Assembly: GCA_016286245.1 (NCBI GenBank)
Contig: JAEESG010000001.1
Span: 460 to 64,459 of the forward strand
Direction: 5' to 3'
Length of the DNA: 64,000 bases
DNA from: Clostridiales bacterium
GTDB lineage: Bacteria > Bacillota > Clostridia > Oscillospirales > CAG-382
This document shows positions 1-9,044 of this stretch, piece by piece. A model generated the notes under the pieces. The model was not told the DNA's origin. It worked only from the letters and a program-made list of their open reading frames with translations, and ran no database searches. A program made the position numbers and the translations under genes. Numbering within the stretch: position 1 is the stretch's first letter; each line of letters begins with the position of its first letter.

Positions 1-150
1 AAAGAGGGAGTACTTTTGGTACTTTTTCGCGAAAAAGTACAAGAAAAACGACTTTTTTGTTCCTTTCTCTCAGGGGAGAGAAAGGAACCCAAAGAGAGCT
101 GAAACATAAAAAGGTTTATGGCTGCATTTGTGCGGAAAACCGCACGAAAA
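1..150. repeat. Hairpin repeat cluster A (REP/BIME-like). It holds a truncated inverted H2-type arm (1-18) and the 22-bp perfect palindrome GTACTTTTTCGCGAAAAAGTAC (19-40). It also holds a 13-bp-stem hairpin GTTCCTTTCTCTC-aggg-GAGAGAAAGGAAC (59-88) with a CCAAAGAGAG tail, and a GTGCGG-aaaa-CCGCAC hairpin (130-145).
   Basis: Palindromes were read directly. Bases 55-107 are identical to 9045-9097. Bases 18-40 are identical to 63648-63671. Bases 1-18 are the reverse complement of 63811-63828 with 1 mismatch. Confidence 0.85.
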
Positions 151-275
151 ATCAAAAAAACGTCAAATATCATTCTTTTGGCTGATGTGAAAAGAAAAAA
201 TTTCCTTTATAATGAGTATGGGTTACTGTAATTAATAAAAAAGATATATTTTATTTCGGAGGTGCATTTTTCCAC

Positions 276-3200
276 ATGAAAAAGCGGCTATTTTACAGTA
301 TAATAGGTATTTTTGTTTTTATTTTCATGTTTTTCGGCGTAGCAAGCAGGACGCCGCTCGACCTCTCCACCCCGGCGGACGCCTTTATGGAGATTACGGA
401 ATTTGAATTTGAAAAGACAGGATTTCTTCAAGGCGAGTACCATTTGACGTACGAATGCGACGTCTGCGGCACGACGTGGGTTCTCGGAGGAACTTTTGAC
501 GGCTACAAAATGCCGGATTCGACGAAGGAGCAGCTCGTGTGGAACAACATGACCGACCGCGAAAAAAGCGATTTCCCGGGCTACTGCGAATACTGCTATT
601 TCGAGCATCTGTGCACCGGCTGTTATAAAGAAATCGATGACTGCGAAAAGTACTGCAAGGAGTGCATGAAGTGCAACGACTGCTGGGACCAGAGCAAGCA
701 CTGCAACGAATGCTGCGAGGAAAACACGCTTTGCGACGGCTGTCTCGGCATCGGCGAATACCGTTGTATTGACTGCCACAGTTCCGACGATTTCTGCTTT
801 GCCTGCGAAACCTGTCTTATTGCGGCGGGAGCGGACGGAAACGTGTGCGAAAGCGACGACCCGAAACCGCACTGCCTTGAATGCTGCGAGGACTATCGCT
901 GCGACGGATGCGCGGAATGCTTTCTCGGACGTCAGGACGATTACTGCTTAAACTGCTTTGAGTGCCTCAGCTGTGCGGCGGCGGCAAGCGACCACTGCAA
1001 AGAGTGTTACATCTGCTTTGACGTGCAGGAAGCGTGCGAGGGAACCGACGACTTCTGCCGTCCCTGCTGCGTTGCGGCCGGCAACCACTGCGATGAATGC
1101 GACGAGCACATAGACGACAACTGGTGCGAGGGCGGCATGGACGGAAGACACTGCCGCGACTGCGCCGAGGCCAACGACTGGATATGCGAACAGTGCGACA
1201 GATGCGCCGTCTGCAATGACTTCTCATTTTGCGACGAATGCGGACTGTGCTTTGAATGCTGCAGTGAAAATGCCGCGAACGAGGGCTGCGAGTGCCTTGA
1301 ATACTGCATCGAATCGGCTGATTTCACCGACGAAGCCCATCTGTGTCAGCAGTGCTTCTACGCCTTCTCGTGCGCCGAGGAATTCTGCGACACCTGCGGA
1401 CTGTGTAAGGAATGCTGTGAGATGAACGCCGACGAATACGGCTGTACGTGCGGCCTTTGCGTCGAGGACAGCGAATTTGAGGAGCATCTGTGCGAGCAGT
1501 GCGGACTCCCGACTTGCGAAAGAGGCGACTTCTGCGACGAATGCGGACTGTGCGAGGAGTGCTGTCTTGAAAACTCAGAAGCAGAGGGCTGTTCCTGCGG
1601 TATCTGCATAGAAAACAGCGATTTTGAAGACCCCGACCATAAGTGCGCGGACTGCGGACAGTTCTCGTGTAATATAGATTTCTGCGAATACTGCGGACTG
1701 TGCCTTGACTGCTGCGAGAGCAACTCCTCTACCGAATACGGCTGTTCGCACGGCGTCTGCACGGATGACCCCGAATGGAACGACCACTACTGCGATACCT
1801 GCGGAAAATGTAAGGAAGACTGCGACTGCGGACAGGAGTGCTGCGCCGACCCGTGGGCGGGAAAATCGCTTCACGGCACCGACGTGCAGATAGGCGAAAT
1901 ACTGATACAGCCTTTCAATAAGAAAAAACACGTTACGCACGACAACATGTCTGCGCCCCAGGCAAGCCTTGCCACTTTCCGCACGAAGGTTTACGACCCG
2001 AACGGAAACCTGAATTATCAGTGGTATCAGAAGAAAAACGGCGGCGCGCCCGAGGCGCTCGTCGACAATACGCGCTACGTAGAATACAGGGACGAGACGT
2101 TCATAATCGTTGACGGCGCGGCGACGCCGAGACTTACGGTTGCGACTCCGTCCGACGCCTGCCACGTAAATTACACCTACTACTGCGTAATATCCGATTC
2201 GCACGGAAACGTGCTTTCCACAACGGATGAAGCGCGCCTCATAGGAAAACATACCTACGAGTGGAAATGGGAAGACGACCATTTTCACCGTCAGGTCTGC
2301 ATAGGAAGCGGATGCGGAGACACAAAGTCCGGCATGAGAAAAGTACACGACATAGGTCCGTGGCGCTTCCTGTCGTATGCGACGGCGACGACCGGCGCAA
2401 CGCTTGCGCGCACCTGCAACGTCTGCGGAGGTATCAGCGAATCGATTAAAACCGAGCCTTTGGGAGCAAACCATACGGCTCACAACTACATATACATTCC
2501 CGTAACGCAGACAGACAAAAACGGCAAAGAGGTAAGCTATACGCACATTAAGGTCTGCCGCTGCGGAAAGAACGACGGACTCGAGGAGTATCACGACTGG
2601 AATCAGTGGATAGTAACCGAAGCCGCCGACGACCACCACAAGGGCTCGAAATATCACGAGTGTCTGAAATGCAACTACCGCGAGACGGTTGAAATACCCA
2701 TTCAGACGCACGAGCATATATTCAACCTTCACGAATACGACGCCGCGTTTTACAGGGTGGGCGCCGACAGAAAGTATCACTGGCAGTACTGCGGAGACCC
2801 CGACTGCGAGGCTGTTGCTTTCAAGGAAGAACACACTTACGGAGGCTGGATGTGGCAGTTAAACGTACCGCTGGCGCTTTATGACGCGACGATATACAGA
2901 GAATGCCAGGTTTGCGGATACATTGACGTAAGGACGATAAGGGCCGGATTCCATCCGCTCGCGTTTATAAACGCCTCCAAATCGGTGCTTTCCGCCGATA
3001 ACTGGGATTCGGAGGAAAAATATACCTGCGAGGTTACGGCAAAGCCTCCGAAGGGATATACCTTCTACCGCTGGAGAGATACCGGAGAATGCGGAATAAT
3101 TTTTGAAGAGTATTACGAAACATATCCAAACGGAGACCCTAAAAGGGATTCCAACGGCAATATAATATGGAAGCGGTATAACGTTTACGACGAGACGGTC

Positions 3201-6200
3201 GTAATATCCCTCGACCGCTACGACAAAGACGGCAATTTCCACGACCTCAACACGCTTTACGAGCTTACGGCGGAAATCAGCAGAATAGATAACGACGTAA
3301 CGGTTTACTACCCTGACGGCTTCTCATATACGCTGACCGAAGGCGAAGCTCTCGACGCCGAGGAATTCGGTATCGACGGCACGGGAGACGTTATATGGTA
3401 CGAATCGCAGGTAGAAGACGAATACGGCTACCGCACGGTAACGATTCACCTTGACGGCTACGACGGCGGTCCGCTCGTGCTTGAAAACACGGGGCTGCCC
3501 TGCGACTTTAACATAGTCGTCGACGGCGACTCCACGATTACCGCAAACGGTAAAAACTTTGCGATTTTAGGATGCGCTGCCGGCGGAAACATAAAGATTT
3601 CCTCGCCGAACGGCGCAGAGCTGAGACTCAACGTAAGAAGCGGCAAAGGAGCCGAGGTTTACGGCATAAAGGCGCGCCGCGCAAAGAAGTGGTATGGAGA
3701 CAAAATCACGATATGCGGAAATATACTCGTACAGCTTGACGTTACCAACACGAGATCCGACGGCGAGGCGTTCGGTCTTTACTCCTCGTCGTGGGTTGAG
3801 ATACTTGACCAAGCGTCCGTCGAAATGACAATAAGAAGCTACGCAGATTACCTCGGCGACGACAGAACCATTGCGGCGACCGGCGTTTATGCGAAAAAAG
3901 AGCTTCAGATAGATACGACGGGCTATATAGACATAGTCGTATACGACGTTGACGTCTCAAACGGCATGAAGGGCAGAGGCATCAACGCAAAAGACGTGAT
4001 AATCGACAATATCGGCAGCATGACCGTCGTATATCCCGCAAATTCCAAAAACGCATACAAGAGAAAGGTTTCTTACGACCACAAGGCGTACATTTTCTAC
4101 GCATACGACGACGGAAAGAGACATTACTACAGGAACGGCGCGCTTGCGGATGTAAACGACGTAAAGAAGCTCGTAATCGAGCCGGGTTATCCCGTAACCT
4201 TCGACGTCGCAAGCGGTTCTACGCTCAACGTTGACTACCTTTACACAAACGACCTCGGCGATTACATGATAAAGCCGGGCGACGACCTGATATTCTACAC
4301 GGCTCCCGCGTCGGGACACTACAAGGAGAACGTAAGAGAGGGCGCGAAAGTGCTCAAGCCGAGCTCCTCCGACGACGGCGTAAGAACGAAATATGTGCTT
4401 GAGAACATAACCGCTCCGCATACGTTCACCGTTGACACGGGATACCTGTTCAGACCGTTCGACTCACAGCCGGCGCTCTCGCAGACGGACGTGTTCTTCG
4501 GAAGCGAAGCGATAGTAACGTTTACCATGAACAACGTATTTTCGGCGCTTGAAGGACACGCAAAGTTCGACGGAGACAAGCCGACAACCCCGAAATTCGC
4601 GCTTAAGAAGCTTTCGGGAGGCGCAGCTTCAAGCGGAGACCTTATTTCCCACGGTCAGACCGCAAACGAGGTGTTCTTACAGCGCTACAACGAGGAGACC
4701 GAATTCTTTGAGAACACGGGAATCTCGTTTGAGCCGACTGCTCTCGGAAACGTATCCTTCAACGACGAGGAATACTCGTCGCGGCTCGCAACCGTAAGGT
4801 ACCGCCTCATGGTGCTGTACGACGGCATGGAATACTGCTCCGACGAGTTCACGGTTCACTGGACCGACAACGAAAACGACAGGACGACGCCGGTTGCGTC
4901 CGCTGTCGAAATATACATCAAAAAAGCGCTCAGAGGCTATCCGCTCGGGGTATACGAGGACGGAGGCGCCTGGGAGAGACTCGGAAGCGAATACGAACTG
5001 CTCGTATACGACGTTGACCAAGGAAAAGGCTACGTCGAGACGAAAAACGAGTACAACAAGGCGGTAAACGTAAAGAAAAACCGCAAACTGCTCAAGGTTG
5101 CCGAATTTGACTACCACACCGGTCTGCTTACGCTTTACGGCGACCTTCAGGGAGCCGATTTTGACGGCGACGGCAACACGGAATGGTACAACCTTTCCGA
5201 TTTTCTCGTTGCAATACGCGTTCCGTCGACCGTAAACGGCGGAATTACGATAGACGTAAGAGAAGAAACGAATATTTCGGGACATTACGAAGATTTCGGA
5301 AACGAAGGCTGGTACGGCAGCGGCGGACTTGAAAACGTAACGCATACCGGCGCGATTCCGGCGGTTATACAAAACGAGAGCGAATACGGCTCCGTTCACA
5401 TAACCTCAACCACGGAAAGCGATGCGTTTTTAATCCTCGAACGCACCGGAACCGAGTATTTCGAGGGCATAACCTACTACGGAATCAAGGCGAACGGCGA
5501 CGTTACGATTGACGGCGACGTAAACGTACAGATTTTCTCCGACGCGAAGTCCGGTTACGAGGACGCGTACGGCAAGCTTGCGTACCGCATCGGCGTATAT
5601 GCCGAGGGAGACGTCAACGTAATCCAAGACGCGAATTTGGACGTAGTTTTTGAAGCAAACACCAACGGTACGGCGTTCCTTAAAGGAAAAGCGCTCGGAG
5701 TCAAGGCGCAAGGCAGCGTAAACATCCTTGATTACGGCTGGATATACCTGTACTGCGAGGCAAAGAAGTCAAATCTCGCCGGCACGTACTACATGCTCGA
5801 AGCAAGCGGCTTGAATATAGCAGGACACGGACAGCTGTCGGCATTCGGCGAAAAGGAAATTGATATTCCCGTTTATATTGACGGCGACGCGTTCATTTCG
5901 ACGACAGGAAAGATAGAACTCAGCTCGAAGAGCAGCAACGGCGCATATTCAAACTGCATCAAGACCACCGGCGACCTTGTTATCAAGGAGCCCACGACGA
6001 TTTTGTTCGAGTATCTGGGAAGACCGGCGGGCGGCAGTCCCGTATATGAAGGCGACGTTGAATATGACGGCGACGTAGTATGCTATCTGACAGACGGCGC
6101 GGCGTCCACCAAAGAAGAATATTACCCCGGAGTTCCCTACACCGTTGCGGTTGAAACCGATTACGGCGCGGCTGACTTCGGCAACCACGAAATAATCATA

Positions 6201-8990
6201 AAACGTAACGGCGTCGAGATTTCACAGCAGGTCGACGCGGGTTATCTTAATGTATGCAAGGGCGACTTTGTAACGTACACGGCGGTCGACGCTCTTGACG
6301 GATACAGCTTTGACGGCTGGGTTGTCGAATCGAGCATTGCGCCCGAGGACCTTGTGATAAACGGACGTGAAATTTCGTTTACGATGCCCGACAAAGACTT
6401 AAAGCTGCACGCGGTTTACTCCAGCTACGCGTTTGAAGAGGAGCCCCCGTACTTCATCATCACGAACAAGGCTTCGACGGAAGGCAAGATTCACTGGAGA
6501 ATCGACACGGGCGAGTCGACCCTGTACGGGGTAGACCTTGAGTACCTGCACACCTCCGTAAGCGGCGAAACCGAGTGGCGCTCCTTCAGCAGCGGAGCTA
6601 ACGGATGGAGGCTGAGTCAGGATATTCAGGCGTTTATGAACCCGAGCAACGGCGAATATATCTATAAAGGAGCGTCGCTTGTAGGACTTGCGGGAAGCAG
6701 CACGCTTGAAAGAGTAATCGACACAAACGAGTACAAGACCTTCCGCATACATGCGTGGGGCATCAATGACTATTACAGTAAACCCTTCACGATAGATTTC
6801 GCAAAGGGCATACACGTTCTTCTGTCGGAAGACAGAGAAAATCCCGGTCTTGCAATTCCCGCGGACTACATGGGAACGGAATATCTCGTAAACTTTGCAA
6901 AATACGTTTACTCGGACATCGGACCCATGAGCTATTCGCTGAACTTTGCCGACCTGTTCGGCCCGATAAGCCCGAGCGTATGCCAGGCGAACATGTTTGA
7001 AAACGGAATGCTGCGCTTCATAAGAAACGGCGCGCACTCGGCGGTTTACGGCATAGAAGGCTCGCTTTACGTTACGGCAACCGACGAAACGAGCGGCAGA
7101 TCCTTCAATATTCCGTTCGATTTCGGCGAAATATACGAATGCGAAGTATATCCGCTCATAGTTGCGGGTAAGAAGGTAACCGAACGCAATAAAGATAACG
7201 TATTCGGCGACGGAACGGTTTCGTACGACCCCGAAACCAAGACGCTGACGCTGCACGACGCGACGATAGACGAAATTTATCCGATGCGTTCCGACGCCGA
7301 GCTTACAATCGCGGCATACGCGATACTGAGCGTACAGGACCTCAACATCAATCTTGTCGGCGAGAACGTCATCAACGTTTCGCGCAACTCGCTGTGCCAC
7401 ACCCAGGCGGTAGGAAGCATCTATACGGGCAACACGGTGGGTATAGGAAACGTGATAAACGACACGTGGCGTCCGTACCTGACGGAAAGCGACGATTTCC
7501 GCATAAATATCAGCGGCGAGGGCTCGCTTGAAATTTTGATTGACGGTTTCTACGGCGACGGAATCCACAGCATAGGCGACGTAACGATAGACGGCGGCAA
7601 CGTAAAGATAAAATCCGAATACTCGGGTATTTCCTCCGAAACCGGCTCGTTTGTAATGAATTACGGCACGCTTGACGTTGATACCGCGCAGAGAAGCTGC
7701 GTAGCATTGTCCGGCAGCGATGCCCGCTTCACGATAAACGGCGGAACCGTAAGCTTAAACGGCGGAACCGACAGCTACGTAGTTTCCATGGGACCCACAA
7801 ACTACCAGAATGAAAACTATATGCAGCTGAACGACGGTGAACTGAGACTTGACACAAAGTCCGCAACGTACGACCTCACAAGCCGCACGTTATACTATAC
7901 CGACTGGATGTATAAGCTTTACGGCGCAAACGGAAACAACGCGATGGCGCCTCTTGAATACGGCGAGGTTGCTTCGTCGTTCGACCACCTGAAATACGTA
8001 CGTCAGTATGCAATCTGGGTAAACGGCAAGCAGCTCACGTCGGAAAATCTTGAGGTACAGTGCGGCAGAGGATACGCGTTCTACGTTCCCGAAGTGAATA
8101 CGCTTTACCTCAACAACGCGCAGATCACAAAGGGCGTTGCATACTGGAACGGACCTCTTGCGGCGGCGGGCATCCGCTCGCAGCAGCCCGTAAACGTTTA
8201 CTTCTCGGGCAATAACTCGATAGACCTGTCCTCGAAAGAATATTACGAGATCAACGGAGATCCGTACGAGCTTCAGAGCGAGGAAACCGAAAACAGCCGC
8301 GAAATATTCGGTATAGAAGTGTCCCAGTCCCTCGGATTTGACGACTACTACCTCGGAATTTACGGCACGGGCTATTGCACAATGACCGGAATGAGCACCG
8401 GAATCAGCGCCGGCACCGGAAATATGCCGATAATCATCGACGGCCCCGGTATACAGATTACCGACAGCGACGGCGGTATCGAGGGCGAAATTGATATAAA
8501 CTCCGGTTATCTGGGAATAGAAGCCGATTACTTCAGTATCTACGGACTTATCGATACGTCCGACTACAGCCCGATTTTCGCATACGGCGGAGCGTCTAAA
8601 ACCAACTTTTCGCCCGTAGATATGTCGGTTGTCGAAAACGCGGCAAATATGGGCTGGGGTTACGATTATCCGTTCTTCAGACTGCATAACAGAGCGGGCT
8701 TGACCGAACAGACTATCGTCGGAGATATCCTTGAAATATCGGATGAAGAAACAAAGATCGGTGTAAGCACGGAAGGCCTTGCAAAAGAAGTGCCGACCGA
8801 CGTAATCGTTATCCAGTATAAGAACGGAAGAGTAACGCAGGCAAGAGTCGTTACGGTTTATCCGTCCGATTACGACGACGTAATCCTCCTTACCTTCGGT
8901 ACGGATAAAAACGCAAAATACCGCGTTTACGCACTCGATAAACAGCTGAAACCTCTTACCGACGTCTATAATATAGGAACTGAAGAATAA
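276..8990 (+). CDS. Giant (2,904 aa) membrane-anchored or secreted multidomain surface protein of unknown function. Domain order: N-terminal hydrophobic signal/anchor, CXXC-rich region, an Ig-like domain, His/Cys zinc-ribbon-like modules, GY[ST]FxxW (Listeria-Bacteroides-repeat-like) segments, and several beta-solenoid-like G-x-V/I-x-I blocks.
   Basis: An uninterrupted 8.7-kb ORF. A GGAGGTG RBS lies about 10 nt upstream of the ATG. The N-terminus MKKRLFYSIIGIFVFIFMFFGVA is hydrophobic. A rho-independent terminator follows at 9004-9031. Domain calls come from motif reading only (YQWY...YYCVISD Ig-like; GYSFDGW; repeated G-D-V-T-I-D-G strands). Confidence 0.9.
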   Translation: MKKRLFYSIIGIFVFIFMFFGVASRTPLDLSTPADAFMEITEFEFEKTGFLQGEYHLTYECDVCGTTWVLGGTFDGYKMPDSTKEQLVWNNMTDREKSDFPGYCEYCYFEHLCTGCYKEIDDCEKYCKECMKCNDCWDQSKHCNECCEENTLCDGCLGIGEYRCIDCHSSDDFCFACETCLIAAGADGNVCESDDPKPHCLECCEDYRCDGCAECFLGRQDDYCLNCFECLSCAAAASDHCKECYICFDVQEACEGTDDFCRPCCVAAGNHCDECDEHIDDNWCEGGMDGRHCRDCAEANDWICEQCDRCAVCNDFSFCDECGLCFECCSENAANEGCECLEYCIESADFTDEAHLCQQCFYAFSCAEEFCDTCGLCKECCEMNADEYGCTCGLCVEDSEFEEHLCEQCGLPTCERGDFCDECGLCEECCLENSEAEGCSCGICIENSDFEDPDHKCADCGQFSCNIDFCEYCGLCLDCCESNSSTEYGCSHGVCTDDPEWNDHYCDTCGKCKEDCDCGQECCADPWAGKSLHGTDVQIGEILIQPFNKKKHVTHDNMSAPQASLATFRTKVYDPNGNLNYQWYQKKNGGAPEALVDNTRYVEYRDETFIIVDGAATPRLTVATPSDACHVNYTYYCVISDSHGNVLSTTDEARLIGKHTYEWKWEDDHFHRQVCIGSGCGDTKSGMRKVHDIGPWRFLSYATATTGATLARTCNVCGGISESIKTEPLGANHTAHNYIYIPVTQTDKNGKEVSYTHIKVCRCGKNDGLEEYHDWNQWIVTEAADDHHKGSKYHECLKCNYRETVEIPIQTHEHIFNLHEYDAAFYRVGADRKYHWQYCGDPDCEAVAFKEEHTYGGWMWQLNVPLALYDATIYRECQVCGYIDVRTIRAGFHPLAFINASKSVLSADNWDSEEKYTCEVTAKPPKGYTFYRWRDTGECGIIFEEYYETYPNGDPKRDSNGNIIWKRYNVYDETVVISLDRYDKDGNFHDLNTLYELTAEISRIDNDVTVYYPDGFSYTLTEGEALDAEEFGIDGTGDVIWYESQVEDEYGYRTVTIHLDGYDGGPLVLENTGLPCDFNIVVDGDSTITANGKNFAILGCAAGGNIKISSPNGAELRLNVRSGKGAEVYGIKARRAKKWYGDKITICGNILVQLDVTNTRSDGEAFGLYSSSWVEILDQASVEMTIRSYADYLGDDRTIAATGVYAKKELQIDTTGYIDIVVYDVDVSNGMKGRGINAKDVIIDNIGSMTVVYPANSKNAYKRKVSYDHKAYIFYAYDDGKRHYYRNGALADVNDVKKLVIEPGYPVTFDVASGSTLNVDYLYTNDLGDYMIKPGDDLIFYTAPASGHYKENVREGAKVLKPSSSDDGVRTKYVLENITAPHTFTVDTGYLFRPFDSQPALSQTDVFFGSEAIVTFTMNNVFSALEGHAKFDGDKPTTPKFALKKLSGGAASSGDLISHGQTANEVFLQRYNEETEFFENTGISFEPTALGNVSFNDEEYSSRLATVRYRLMVLYDGMEYCSDEFTVHWTDNENDRTTPVASAVEIYIKKALRGYPLGVYEDGGAWERLGSEYELLVYDVDQGKGYVETKNEYNKAVNVKKNRKLLKVAEFDYHTGLLTLYGDLQGADFDGDGNTEWYNLSDFLVAIRVPSTVNGGITIDVREETNISGHYEDFGNEGWYGSGGLENVTHTGAIPAVIQNESEYGSVHITSTTESDAFLILERTGTEYFEGITYYGIKANGDVTIDGDVNVQIFSDAKSGYEDAYGKLAYRIGVYAEGDVNVIQDANLDVVFEANTNGTAFLKGKALGVKAQGSVNILDYGWIYLYCEAKKSNLAGTYYMLEASGLNIAGHGQLSAFGEKEIDIPVYIDGDAFISTTGKIELSSKSSNGAYSNCIKTTGDLVIKEPTTILFEYLGRPAGGSPVYEGDVEYDGDVVCYLTDGAASTKEEYYPGVPYTVAVETDYGAADFGNHEIIIKRNGVEISQQVDAGYLNVCKGDFVTYTAVDALDGYSFDGWVVESSIAPEDLVINGREISFTMPDKDLKLHAVYSSYAFEEEPPYFIITNKASTEGKIHWRIDTGESTLYGVDLEYLHTSVSGETEWRSFSSGANGWRLSQDIQAFMNPSNGEYIYKGASLVGLAGSSTLERVIDTNEYKTFRIHAWGINDYYSKPFTIDFAKGIHVLLSEDRENPGLAIPADYMGTEYLVNFAKYVYSDIGPMSYSLNFADLFGPISPSVCQANMFENGMLRFIRNGAHSAVYGIEGSLYVTATDETSGRSFNIPFDFGEIYECEVYPLIVAGKKVTERNKDNVFGDGTVSYDPETKTLTLHDATIDEIYPMRSDAELTIAAYAILSVQDLNINLVGENVINVSRNSLCHTQAVGSIYTGNTVGIGNVINDTWRPYLTESDDFRINISGEGSLEILIDGFYGDGIHSIGDVTIDGGNVKIKSEYSGISSETGSFVMNYGTLDVDTAQRSCVALSGSDARFTINGGTVSLNGGTDSYVVSMGPTNYQNENYMQLNDGELRLDTKSATYDLTSRTLYYTDWMYKLYGANGNNAMAPLEYGEVASSFDHLKYVRQYAIWVNGKQLTSENLEVQCGRGYAFYVPEVNTLYLNNAQITKGVAYWNGPLAAAGIRSQQPVNVYFSGNNSIDLSSKEYYEINGDPYELQSEETENSREIFGIEVSQSLGFDDYYLGIYGTGYCTMTGMSTGISAGTGNMPIIIDGPGIQITDSDGGIEGEIDINSGYLGIEADYFSIYGLIDTSDYSPIFAYGGASKTNFSPVDMSVVENAANMGWGYDYPFFRLHNRAGLTEQTIVGDILEISDEETKIGVSTEGLAKEVPTDVIVIQYKNGRVTQARVVTVYPSDYDDVILLTFGTDKNAKYRVYALDKQLKPLTDVYNIGTEE
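1227..1850 (+). repeat. Intragenic tandem repeat. Four ~150-bp (49-52 aa) units each start with FC(D/E)xCGLCxxCC and carry 11-14 Cys.
   Basis: Unit starts fall at 1227, 1383, 1530 and 1680, all in frame. The nucleotide core ttctgcgaNNNNtgcggactgtg recurs at each start. Confidence 0.9.
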
Positions 8991-9003
8991 AGTAAAATAA
9001 ATA

Positions 9004-9031
9004 AAAAACCTCGCGTAAGCGAGGTTTTTTG
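9004..9031 (+). terminator. Rho-independent terminator of the giant gene
   Basis: AAAAACCTCGC-gtaa-GCGAGGTTTTT stem-loop followed by a T-run, 14 nt after the stop codon. Confidence 0.85.
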
Positions 9032-9044
9032 TTTATTTTTACGG

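Noticed and set aside
288-8687. Numerous long antisense or off-frame ORFs inside the giant gene, for example 1575-2834 (-, 419 aa), 6399-7568 (-, 389 aa), 4677-5399 (-), 7890-8687 (-) and 1007-1327 (-).
   Set aside because: Their products are low-complexity and R/V/A/F-rich. They have no RBS and no recognisable motifs. They lie wholly within a strongly supported 8.7-kb sense ORF, so they are shadow ORFs created by the codon bias of that gene.
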